Shown here piece after piece: positions 1 through 13,100 of a stretch of DNA of 64,000 nucleotides. Each line of letters opens with the position of its first letter. Position 1 is the stretch's first letter. This DNA is from Balanoglossus misakiensis (lineage: Eukaryota > Animalia > Hemichordata): assembly GCA_040954595.2 (NCBI GenBank), contig CM082587.2, forward strand, positions 3,604,275 to 3,668,274, given 5' to 3'. A program made the position numbers and the translations under genes. Below the pieces are notes generated by a model. That model worked only from the letters and a program-made list of their open reading frames with translations, searched no databases and was not told the origin of the DNA.

Positions 1-3000
1 TACATGAAAGACCACTTACACACCCTGTCTTCCAAGAACCGCATTCACTGCACTAAATGATTATAAACGACTGCATGGATAAGTCTCGTGATTTTGGCCT
101 TTGAAGTACCCTGTTGTTTTGTTTTTCGAGCAGTCGGTGCGCGTGCGCTCGGTTCAGGGTTCTAAGAAATCAAGTTATGATCGCAGACTTGAAGTTTTAT
201 CCGTACAGCTTGTTTGCGCATATATTTGCAAAGCTACTGTAACATGTCTTAGCACCCGATTGGCGTCACCTAGGCATTTTGTGTCACGCTAATAAGACCC
301 AACCTTGCATGGAGTTGCTAATACTAGTATCTTGACAAATGCACCGTGTAGCATGTGTTGAAGTGGAAGAAAAGCGTTTATGGAAACGATCTCTCGAACC
401 GAGCATTGCCACACATCATCTTCACACGGTGTATAATTAGCGTAATGCAAGTCACCGTGCACAACAGGAAATCTTCTGTTCGCGTAGGCGTCAATTGCGC
501 AACCCAATTATAAAGATATAGCAGAAAGGCCAATTTTAACAAAACGTCGAGCAAGCAATGTCTGTTACACGTATTTGGGTGGGGGGATTCTAGATCCTGT
601 ATATGCCTGTATCACGTTTTGAAATATAAAATTCATCGGCGTTGCTCGCTTAATATACCGAATATTTTTCAACACAAGATATTTCTTCTGTAAGGAGCTT
701 TTGAAATGCGGTCGCATGGAGACTGTGGTTTTCACACGTCAACCAATGAGCGGATATCATTTGGGAAGTCAAGATTTTTTATGAGTGCTCGCACTGCATT
801 ATCCATTAAATGTGTTACCTTGGGAAACGTCTGGCATGCTTTCTAGCTATATGAAAAAAATGGGGTTCACGCAAGAGATGGCAGTGGAATTTGCTATTAT
901 ACGTGCTGCCTCGGGGGACACCTGACATGTTTTGCAGAATGTATGAAATAAAAAGCGGGGCCCTTGGAAGAAATAGCTGTGTCGTGACGTCATGCCGGCC
1001 ACATACTTCAGAAAATAACCGCAATTTTTGGCAGATTTATCCAAAAGAGTTTTGAGCGCCGCTCATGCACCGATTCAAAATTGCAGGAGTGACCTTGCTT
1101 TTTGTTACCGTGGGGACTGTTTTTTTCACATACATGTACATACAGCTGTGACTATATTCATTGACGCAGTGACTTCCACATTGATTTTTCCCCTTTGACG
1201 GCAAGTGCCATCCATTAACGGTCATCATAAATTTTACCTGGGATCAACAGCAGAAATTTTATTTGCCTCGTTCCTCTAAGAGAAATGCCGACAAGTATAA
1301 GTGAAATCTAAATGGTGAATATAAGTCGTAAACAACCGGATTATTTCTATGGTGATCGACATTTGCTTTATAAGGTTTCCAGGTGCGCTTACGGCTACGA
1401 ATATGTATTTCATCTCATACACGAATGCAACCGAATGTGTAACTCGACGCTCACTAATTCTGGTTTTATTTCGTGATGTTTCGATCAAATAGACATTGGG
1501 TATTAAACTCGGGATACTGCTAACGGCAAACAATATCAATAAAAAGGTGACCTACATCGCTCAACGACTTAGCGGAACGACAGGATCGCGTTACGCGGAA
1601 CGACACCGCATTTATACGTCGATTTCAAAAACGACTCATTTTTCAAATTGCGTCCTGTAATGTACTGAGAATAAGCTCTCTTCTCTCATTCAATTAGGTT
1701 ACCGTGTTGTGTAGATGGGGAAGGCGAAAATAGCTGTTCAAAAAGCGATCTTAATGGGAACAAGAAATCCGGGCGTGCGTTGTACTGTAATTGATAACGC
1801 GGAGGGGCTTCGTCATATGTGAAGGTGTTGTTAAAAGGCATTTATTATTAAGGAGGTCTGCATCCACGGGGTCGACTGCGATCAAATAAAATACGATTAT
1901 TTGTGTTTCGAGGTTTCGTTAAGCATGAGTGTTTCTAACGCTCATTTTTCATCGCAGGTGCCAACGTTCCATGTGGTATATCCACTATATCGGACGCCGT
2001 CTTTCCTAGGTTAAACAATCAGTTTTAGCTCAAGCCTGCATGGTGGTTTCACTGCCGCGTTTGTGTTGAACAGCCGTTGTTAATGACGGGTGCTCCCTAG
2101 CCAATGCGCGAAAAAGAAGGAAATTGTGTGCTTTGACGTCTGAAAAGATTATACTTCATTCAGAAATGCTTCATTGTTCGCAAAATACGCCGATAATTTT
2201 GGGCCGAGACGGTAACGGCTGACCTTCGTAAATCCTGCGGTTGTCCACCCCTAGCAGTCAGCTAAAGTACTCTCGACTGCGTACAAATGGAATGTATATA
2301 ATAATATCATTATTGATCTCAGAGCAACAATTCCGTGGTAACAACGTCATGATTGTTGCTTCGAGTGGAGGGGGGGGGGGGGGAGCCGCATGTGTTATGA
2401 TGTAGCATACGGACCTCGGCCCCGAGCAAAATAAGGCTTCTAAATTCCTTTTCGCGACCAATTACACATATCTACATTTGCGTCATCGATTCTCCGCCGC
2501 GCACTGTGCCAAGACAGCGTTGCCAATAGAAACCATAGAAATCAAATTTAGTGAAAGAAATAAGCGACAAAGCGTGGCGATTTCAGATATTTGCAAACGA
2601 TTTCCCTCGTTCGATATTTTATCACCACCACACTATTTATTTCTCTTTGTCTGCGCATCGCTAATGTTTACAGCCACACCATTAATCATAACACCAGTTT
2701 CATCTTTCCACAATTTCGTGCATTCTTTGCGCTGAAAGATCCATCAATATATTTTCACCATCGAGATATAGCGCACAATGGTGACGCATATGGCTAATCA
2801 ACTAAAAACAAGATTTTCAGATGCTGCAGGACTCACGTTAAATTGTGTAATTTTCAACCCGAGAAACTTTACCATTTATTCTACGTGTATGCCTGAGAAA
2901 TTTAACCCTTTTCCAAGAACACACACTTATCTTAGAATTAGAGAAAGCACAGCTGTACTTCGTTTCAAGACCCCTTTTCTGTTTCTTAAGGAGAACTGCG

Positions 3001-6000
3001 AGCAATTACTGATTTCACGAGAAATTGGTGGTATATGCTGTGGGCGTTAGTTGTCAAACGACTCCAGGCGAAAGCAGAACATGCTTGAGGTTTTAGGAGT
3101 TGTTCTGTGAGTAAATCACGGTCTGAGATTCCTTGGGTACATCCAGGAAATAACAGCATGTCTGTTGGAGTCCGTACGATTTCGAAAGTGAAATTAATAA
3201 AAGGGTCGATGCGCGGTGAATGGAGATAAGACGGCGAACGTGGCCACCGTTGGTGTCATTGAAGAGAGGGGTGGTTGCCATGGTACTGGTAGAACAGTGC
3301 TCGTGTGCAAGGCGCTGTGATGCCATGGATGTCAACCTCAGACACGTGACAGTCTGTGTGTGTAAATGATGAGCCTTTATTGCAAGTAGCGGTTTAACTA
3401 CGACCGCTGCGAGAGAAGACGAAATCATGTGTGTGTGCTGATCTGAAGTCGGCGGCACGTTGAATGAAGTGTTCACGGCACGCGGCACCATGAGTTAAGT
3501 CACGTCGTCTTTCGCTACGGGTTCCTTGACGTGGCAATGTGCTGAATACCTCCACTGTGAATAGTGCCAGTTCTTCTTGAAGTCGGCCACTGCTGTGCAA
3601 GATATGTTTTTGAACTACGCGAAAGTAGATGTTTTTACTGAATGACGTCCATTCTTTATCAAACGAAAGACAGTCTCGCTATTTTCTTGTGGCGGTACCG
3701 ACGCAGCGTTTGTGCGCTAAAATGTCTTGCAGTGCCGCATAGCTTTGACTTGTGATTATCAATTTATCGACCTTGTCGACGATTTTTCGAGGTCAGCTAT
3801 ACAAGACAGTTTTGAGAAAGCTCACTTTTGCATTTTTTAACCTTTCAAAGGCGGCAAGCGAGCCCTTTTTTGCTATCTCAATCAACAATAGAATTTCCGA
3901 TATAAAGTTCATTATTTCAAAGCTCAAGAGGCCACTGCGTATTACTTATATGCAGAAGACAGTTTCCAAAGTAATGATGTTGGAACGAATTGAGATCAGT
4001 GTGTTTACCTCAGCTACGTGCTCGGAATCTAATCACCCCAATAGGTCCTGTGCCATCGATGTACAGCCATGTGGGCGCATAAAACCTTAACATTGCTCAA
4101 AATTGAACAACAAAGCCTAGACAAGTGGAAGGATCTTCAACGGCAGGTGGTGACTCGCCTTGAACCCATCCACTGACTGTAAATATTTTGCGAACCTTCA
4201 TAATTGAAGTTATCATAGTCCATTAATCATCGATACTAAATTAGACTGTGCCGACGGCTGTCCCCCAAAGACGCAAACATATACATATACATGTATATGC
4301 AAAACGGATGAACACGAGAGAAGACTGAGTCAGAAGTCATTTTAAGGACAGTCATGTTTGCTTTACTCGCTATGGATCTGAGTGCCCTTAGCTTGGGGTC
4401 TGTCAGGACTGATTTCTTACAGGCCTGAGATAATCTCGGGATAAAACAGGCAACACTTCCGCGTGAGACAAAACTGTGAGCGCAGTGTTCAGTGGCACTA
4501 CTCTGATAGAACGAAAACGTTAGCGACCAAAGACAGTGTTCATGGTGTCTGAAACACGTTTAGCGTGAGCGCAGAGTAGAGTATTGCGCGCATGCTCTAA
4601 GCTTAATACGGTCACTCAGTCGCCACGTGGCCAGGACTGGCTGGACCAATCAGGAGGTCCACTGCGTGCGGCAAGAGTATACCACCGTATTTGGCAATGA
4701 TGTAACTCGATCCTTTCGAGATAAGGAAATCAAGTGATGGGAATAATTGGTCAGTGACCAGAAGTAATAGAGTCACAGCAAAACGCGAATTATAGTCATG
4801 TAAGGAGCCATCAAATTGAAACCTTCTCACCTTTTAACACGCGATTCCCCCCAAGCATAATTTTTTTCTCAAATGACCGACGATTCAAATGGCAGGGAGA
4901 TCGCACGCGGTGTCATCTAGGCCTATACCTTGCCAAGAGCCATCACTCCCCGACGCATTTGCATTCGATGCGGAGAAGACGACAATTTATCGCCTTCACT
5001 GCACTTGATTGCGGGCGGGAGATAAACATCGGGTGGAAGTCGTTCAGGGTACGATCTGTAGCACCGCATGGGAAGGGGAAATGCAGGATAGCACCGCAGA
5101 TGAGAATCTATAGCCGCGAGAAATGATTTGCCACGTCTCGATCGCGCTTACCGGCAATCTTACATCAGGGACACAATTTCTCGTCACTGGGGATTAGAGC
5201 GGATACCTCCAGCACTGTTTTAATATTGTCTGCAGTCGATATTGAAAAACAAGGGTATTTATTGGCTTCCGCGAGCTCTTACACGCGATGGATGTTTATT
5301 GCGCCAGGGTTGGCCAGATCGATCACTTGTGATTACAAAAAGAAGTAATGAAAACTGCAGACTAGACAGGCAGGAATGAACGGATTTGAAGGATTAAACA
5401 TATTCACGGATATAATATCGAATCATTAGATGGAAGAAAGTTTGGATGCGAGTAGATTATGGCACAGTTACAGAGAAATTCGTCTAAAGAAGTCATCAAA
5501 TTGTTTCCTCTATTTCAAGTTTGTACTTTTCTGGCGCTAGAGAACGTCGACTGTAAACTTGAGTTTTCCTGGATGTGTCACTGAAGGACCCAGTTCAAGT
5601 TCACTGCACTTACACAAAAAGTGAACTTGACCTCCCATTACCGATATTGAACGAACATATTTGTAGTAATGGGTTACACTAATCAACCATGAATGTTGAC
5701 GTGTACGTCTCGACATAAATATATGTTTGATACCCCGACGTTCTCATGAGATTGTATCACTCGGAAGGCAAAACTGGTTTGAGTTAATGTAAGTAATTTT
5801 GCTGGGGGGCAAAAAAATGCTACGAACACAAACTATAAACAGCGGAAAGTCACTTAGACTTGACCTTGATCGACGCCCATGTTTTGATGTTCTCGCGTGT
5901 GATGTGGGCAAAGAATTGACACTAAATTGTGATTTCGCGATTTTCCTACTTTATGAAGCAAGAATTCTATTCTATTCTGAAAAAATGCCCACCATTGGTC

Positions 6001-6982
6001 GCTTTAAACGGACATGTGCCAACCAAACAGGGTGGGTGAGGGGGGGGGACAACCATAAAACGATGCAGACAAACAGTTTGCAGTCGCTGTGAACAGCACC
6101 ATCACCACCGTCTGCTCGGATTCGAAACAAAGTAAACAAGCGCAACGTACTGTACTCGAACAGGCTTTAGTCAGGTGGATAATATTGATCAGCGCGCTGA
6201 CTCTGACATCGATCATACCTGTCAGTTGTATTCATTCTAAATCCCAGTTCCGAATACATGGCTTACTCCGTCAGGTAGAAACTCATTTCCCTGAGGCAGT
6301 AATGTCTGCTTTTTGATTCTTTTTTTTTTGACACACGGGTATGTGTGTGTGTCTACAGATTACTGTCGTGACACAACGCTGGGTGAAGGCGTTCTCATAG
6401 AAGTGCGAACATGTGACTTCAGATAACACGTTATTTTTACGGCTTCGCACGGTACCGTCGTTTCACCGCGCCGTTGTTTGGAACCTCCCTACTCCATCGA
6501 AAGCTTTCCAAAGAAACAGTTGACATTTTAACAATACCTCGAACCCCGATGAGCTGATACTTCAACAACTGGCCAGATTGAATATTTCTTCCACTTCCAC
6601 AAGAACCCCAACTTGCGTCTGAATTAATCCATTTACAAAATTGATTCTTGTCACGCAATTCGCACAGGGATGATTGCTTTCTCGTGTTCAGTTTGATTTA
6701 TTCATTTTTTGTGTGAATGCCACATATAGACAATGCATTTGGATTTTTTCTTTCATATAAGAAGACATTTTTTTTCTCTTCCGTAATTTATATTTTTCAA
6801 TATAGTCTCGACTACCATTCTTGGAAGATTTCAAATTTATCCCGGAAGCAGCAATTAATTATATCTCCTTCGTACTTCGCTTGTCTACTTATACTCATTG
6901 GTCCATCAAGAAAAAAATATCCCTCAAGCGACTGGCGGTCTTGGGGATTTCGGGAGAAAAAAACGGGCGTACTTCTACTCAC

Positions 6983-7052
6983 CAGCTCCACGGAGCCATA
7001 GTGGCGGCGACTGAAGACACCGCGCCTTGAAGCGAGTTCGGTGGCAGGGGAG
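6983..7052 (-). CDS. GARNL3: Internal coding exon of GARNL3 (GTPase-activating Rap/Ran-GAP domain-like 3); common acceptor exon
   Basis: Minus strand: pyrimidine tract ttttctctctctctcttacag| then C TCC CCT ... GAG CTG |gtgagt. 70 nt = 1 nt + 23 codons, SPATELASRRGVFSRRHYGSVEL. This closely matches the conserved N-terminal GARNL3 motif (human, recalled from memory: SEDLGCRRGDFSRKHYGSVEL). Starts in phase 2 and ends in phase 0. Confidence 0.9.
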
Positions 7053-10031
7053 CTGTAAGAGAGAGAGAGAGAAAAGAAGCAGACGTCAGCCATTAACGCT
7101 CTTCAAGTCACGAGATGAAGACAGGTTAAAATACTTGGCGACTCATCATTTCTGATAATTGTCGCTTCATATTTGCACATAGCGGTGTTGTTAATACTTG
7201 ATGGGTGTTGTGGTAAAAGCAAGTTGGTTAATTGGCATTTGGCTTGCGGGTGGAGTGTTTAGAGTGTCGCCTACAGGCCCTCGTTCACATTTGCCTTGAC
7301 TCTTGTGGCAAATGTATCACAAATCACCGCTTAGTCTTAAAGTAGATAGTTGTAGAGCAAAACGGAGAGTGAAGTGCTGATTTCTCTAACTCCACGGTTT
7401 TCAAGAAAGGCAAGCCACCTCCTCCACCCCCACAAATGAATTTGCCCCAAGGATACCAATGTCGGGCGTAATGGAAGGAAATGGTTACCAAGGGGATATT
7501 GTCACCACCGTCACTGAAGGAGTCTGTTTGCTCTTTGTAAATGTGTGCCAATTTCCTTGTCCATCAAACGTCATCTATGCCCCCAAACAGCAAGGTCTCA
7601 TATGTCATTTTTGTCACAGTTCAGAGCAAGAGACAAAAGCAGTGACTTAAACACTGAACGTTTCTCCTGGCGATAAAAATACACGCTGGTCAATTTCACA
7701 ATTCGATTGCTTTCGAACACTTTCAGTAAACGTGGCATAACTCTCACTCTCTCTGCCCCTCTGAAATGCAGGATATTACGTTTTCAGAAACGTCATCATA
7801 CGAACACATTAGTGAATAACCCCTTGTACTAAAATTAGCATCGGCAAGGGGTGAAACCGTACAATACGTAAAATACATAAATCACTGGTAAAATCAAATT
7901 CTTTGAAAGTGATATTTGCATTCCCTGTTTGCGGCGTCAACGTGGCGTGCCCGTAACTAGGCATGCGCGGAAATGTGACTGTGTTACGCAGCTTCACAAA
8001 ATGGCGGCCATCGACTGCGACTCGACCCAGGCGTCGGTGATGGAGACCGACAGCCACTGTAGTTACACTGTCGGAGTGACTTAGGCACTCGACATGCCAT
8101 TCGCCGTGCATATTAACCTAGGAATATTAAGTTACACAGGCACCTAGCAAATATTTGCTCGTGCAATTAACGGCCGGTTCTGAGAACTATGTTGTGTGAA
8201 TATTTCCTGTATATCGACAGGCACTTTCAAGAGAGATATAATTAGTTTATCATGACCCATTGATTGTGAAAAGTGCTGATCATAAGATATCTGAATTCTG
8301 TGAAACTGCATTGACATTTTGCTTATATTTAGTATAAAATATAATTTTGTTTACAAAATAATCAAGTAGAACGGTGAAATGCAAGTTTTTTTTCAAGATC
8401 GTATTATTCCAAAGTAGTTCGCGTCAATGTTAACCAGAACGTCTCACAGACTGTTTTCTCGAATTATCCAGGCAAGATAGAATGGCAAAATCGATTTGAC
8501 AACTTGGGCGTTTGTTTTGCGTAATTCAATCGAGGTTGACACACTTTCCCCCTGTCATCATATACAAGGTCTCGCTTTTTGTATTGTCGCCATGGTGACG
8601 GGGTGCCATCTAAAAGTGTCATTATTGCCGTTTTCAGCGATCTGTGACGTCTGCGCGCACAAACAGGCGGATCAACAAGGTCATATTGGTGTTTATATAG
8701 AGCCCGCACTCCAACCGATCAATTAGGAAGTTACGTGTTGCTGATGAGACGGTGTTTATCAGTAGGGGGGGGGGGGGGGGGGGTCAATGGTTCGCGCTGG
8801 CCAATAGCCGCTAATTGGTCATTGGGGTTCCACAGTGCCTATAGACTTGATACTATAAAAAGATGCTCTGCGTCCTTCTGAATCCACAAGTGACCACTGC
8901 TGATGTCGTGTCAGTAGAAAATGCACATGGGACGGGAATGGAACATAGTATGGGCAGAATTATACAATTATACAACGATCAAATATGTGTTCAGCGCATG
9001 CGTAGACTCGGCTACCAGTGAGATTCTTGATTAACCATAACTTCCGCAATTGTATTCGGAATGGCGGTCTGATGGCTTCATCAATTACAAGATTTATTGG
9101 GAATATCCGTGGCCGAGAGAAATGATTACGTGCCGGATTGTAATAACAAGTGAAACGCAATTGAAGGGCTAATTATAGATCATGAAAATCCTTCAAAAAC
9201 ACATCAAGTCTGAGGCACAATTACGTTGATGGATACGACCAATTCACTGATGGCCCCCGGTGTTTAATCTATACAGGCTGTCAAATATTGTCTGAAATTT
9301 TCGTGCGGTGGTTTGTATCCATGGCTGGAAGTACATTGAAAATTCTAAATCATTTGATACTTGGTGGAATTTTCACAAGGTATGCAGAAGGATGCATTTT
9401 TGATCAGCCTAACGCGTTCAATATTTTGCACTAAGCTTACACGTCCCGAAGAACAGCAGAGAAAATTATTACAGACGTCATGTTTTTTGGCGAATATCAA
9501 CGACAACATCAAATAGTTCCCCGCACGACACGAAACCTGTCAGTGAAATAGTATCATGATTGATACGTGGGAAAACTCCAACTGGCACCGATTCTGCCAT
9601 AAAAAAATGTGCGCTACATTGAACGGGAACAAAGTTCACACAGGACTATACCATCTACCTGTGGCTGGATGGCGCAAATTCGACGAGCACACGAGAAACT
9701 GGCGCAACAGGCCAAAGTCAAACAAATACTGGGCTATTAAATTGTTCTTTGATTGACCAAATGTAGGCATATGAATTCTACATGTAGCTGCTTTATAAAC
9801 AGAGGCCGTAATTATATATACGCTCGTCAAATAAAAAAAATATTAGCAACAGCAGAGGGGTCAATAATTCACATAACATTTTGAACTGAGGTATCAGTTA
9901 TATCCCTTATTACTATACACATGATCAACGGACGCACCCGGGCCGATGGAGACATATCAATGAAGAGGTGGTTCAACGTTACGGTATCAGTCGATAGTAA
10001 TCGAGATGATGGCCAAACTGTACTGACAAAC

Positions 10032-10192
10032 CTTTTAGTCCGCCGTCGGTTGAACTGGAAAAAATCTTCTGCTTCTTCGTCGCTGCCGTCGATGCAGATG
10101 GGCGCCTCGTCACGGTGGGTTGATTTGTGAGAGTTTTTACGAGAGTGTCGCCCGTTGCCGAAGTGGCCGCATTTTCCCCAAAACGCGTGCAT
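10032..10192 (-). CDS. GARNL3: Candidate alternative first coding exon of GARNL3 (MHAFWGKCGHFGNGRHSRKNSHKSTHRDEAPICIDGSDEEAEDFFQFNRRRTK)
   Basis: ATG at 10192; 161 nt = 53 codons + AG; donor AAG|gtttgt. Phase 2 joins the 6983-7052 exon in frame (AG+C = Ser). Protein-like acidic/basic patches. Confidence 0.5.
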
Positions 10193-13100
10193 CGTTCAAC
10201 GGTATCATGTAGGGTTGACAACTGTGTGTATTGTGGTGAGCCAAAGCTGGCTGCCAAAGATTTTATACAAAGCGACGGAGGTGGGAAGCGAATGTGCCAC
10301 TCGTCAGTTAACTCCCTATCTTGCTGGAAAATCAGCATCGCAGTAATTTTGACGGGATCCACATTTTGTCACCTTTGATTACGTGGATCAACATAATTAT
10401 AAAGAAAGCAACTCTATAGAACTGTTAGTACATCACAAACTTGGGGCGAAATGTGAATATAGTCGTCTTAAAAACTGGTAAATATTAATAAAATCTAATG
10501 GAAGCTTCACGGTACATGTATTACAAAGCTCGAAGATATTTCACACGCAAGAGAAATGTGAAATCAATATGAGGGCGCTCGGCAACAAAAGGGTGGCGCT
10601 ATTTCACTTCCCCACACGTTGTCTGAGAGTACGCACGTGTGTAGACTGTGTGGAATTGTACACTCACAGGGTCAGTGGCCGGGATCAAGAACATGTGAGG
10701 ACGTTTAATCCGTGACAAAATGGTATCTGGTGACCATACTGGAACATATCGCGACACAAATTGACATGTGTATGTAAGTATATCACATCATATTGTCCTT
10801 GTCACGAGTTTGAACGAAATCAATTACGGCTTGTCTGAGGAAGGCACTAGACATGCAAATTGGCACACGAAAACGACCACCTGGGACCCTGTCTTTCATC
10901 AGGGTACAATAGAAAGCGGCGTGGCGTACTACAACGACGTATTTGCGAACAGGAAAGCGCGATAGACCTTGAAAAACGCCCCAGTTGAGAATTACTTCCC
11001 GTCACGGAGAACTTGAAACGCTATAGTTGACCCCTAAAAATACTTAGAAAATATTGGTTGAGGGCGCATTCAACATGGCGCAGACCGTATGCAGCGGACA
11101 TCCGAGCGTCGGTAAGTGTATTTTTCGTGGAAAAATTGACATAAGGAAAGTCTTGTTTGCATAGAAAGCATCCTGTCCGCTGTGTTAATGTTTGGAACGT
11201 ACTGCTGCGAAATATCGTTTTAAAATAACGATTTTTTGTTGTAAAAATACGGATTCTTCTACAGCAGGCTGGACCATCAGACCCCCCCCCCCCCCCATCA
11301 GCCAGGAGGCATCAGGCAGCTCTGCCTCGTGGAACACTCGGTGTCCTTATTGTATTGGTCAAGGTGTGCTGTCGTAATTGGCGCCTGTGATTGATCGGAT
11401 CGCGTTGGGACACACAACGACAAGCGTATATATTGCATGGTACACTGCCCTTGTGTCAAGTTGGCTGACCATATTGGATCGGGTTTTGGCACGTGGACAT
11501 TTCAAGTCAACTGGTTCAGGAACACAAGGTAGGACATGATCAAATTCTAAAAGACAGTACTTTTTGAATTACACCCGGGGAATTACACGGTCACTTGCTC
11601 TGCTGTTGGCAGAACAAACAGCTCGCCCTCGTGCGACTAAACCACCATACCAGGCGCGATATCTGCTGCACGGCTCGCCACATGAGGGCGCAAATACGGA
11701 AATCTTAACCACAATCTGCATGCATGGGTGCCGCGAAACCTCTGCTGCAAAACACAAGAAGGTCGTATCGTTATACGTGGAAAACTTGGGATCACATCAC
11801 TCCCCAGGGAAGTGCTTTCTTTTTTCACAATCGCAACCATGCAGATTAGAGATGAATTATGGTGTTTTGTCCACGTAAGCTTGGATTCTTGCTGCAGGCC
11901 ATGCAAAAGGTCGTTGATCAGGGCATTTGAACGATTTTGTTTCACTGGAAAACGTTTGCATTCATTTTGGTTAGAACCCCGTGATGATATATACATTCCC
12001 TCCTAACATCAGTGGTCTTAAACGATTCGCAAAAGATGGGATGCTGGTATGACTGGTATAAAATGTATATTCCTAAACCATAAAACAATAACGCCGTCTA
12101 TGTGCGCAATAATAAAACTGCCAGCAGATTTACAACCTAGAATCGCACATTATGTCGGTCACCACGGTTCCTTGATAACTAGTTTTATACACCATCGCGT
12201 TTCCTTAGTATACACACGTTAATTATTGTTCAATTTTCATGGGAATGCTCAGGATAGAAAACGCGCAAATATGTGGCGCCGTTTTGGATTTTGCAATTTC
12301 GAGAGCGCCCCAGCGCTCTGGCAGATATGTAAATATAGCATCATTGCCCTAGCGCAACTTTTTATCGTTCACATCGATCACTGCCGGCATTCCACAACGA
12401 CCACTTACTTGACGGTCTTGAAGTATAGGGAAGCTTTGTCGACGCGCGGAACAAGGTTCCCCCCCCCCCCCCCCCCGATATCGCTCCAGGCGAATTCAGC
12501 TACTGCGCAGCTGCGGTTCAAATGACCTCCAACGGAGAGTGTTGAAAACGGTCTCTGTTGAAACTGATCAACCGAGGCATCGATGGCGGAACGTGATCAA
12601 TAATTCAAATAAACAGTCGGTTGGGAAGGCGCACGATCGCTATATGATTCGTACAGTCAAGGGGCAGCCCCGTGTGTCGCCGCGTCATTAAACACGTCGA
12701 CTTCGTGAACGGCTGCCATCTCGTTATTTCTCGTATATACTAGTATACACTTCCTGAATTATCCCCAATTTGAATCCTGGGTCTTATTTACAACCCCACT
12801 TGCAACGTTTCAATGGTGACCCGGTGCATTGGCGGGGGCATGGTGAATGCATGCTTAATCAGCGCCATACATCTAAATGTCTCAATGCATAAAATCCAGG
12901 CGCAATCGAGAGCCGTTTGAAGGAGCCGAACGCCGCGCTCTGAAACCGTGTTAACGAACTTAACGATCCCGTAATGGACCCAGTATCACCGACAACAACT
13001 GCACAAATTCAAATGAGGCCGGGAGCGCGTGAACTTTATAACAGAAAAGTACAGTCAACGCCGCGAATGTAGCATTGCCCTCGGTAACAGACGCTGTGTG

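Noticed and set aside
6812-7093. 93-aa ORF as a whole gene
   Set aside because: Only 6983-7052 is exon; the flanks are a pyrimidine tract and intron.
7324-7551. 75-aa ORF ending at a phase-2 CG|gtgatt
   Set aside because: Weak donor and no coding-like composition.
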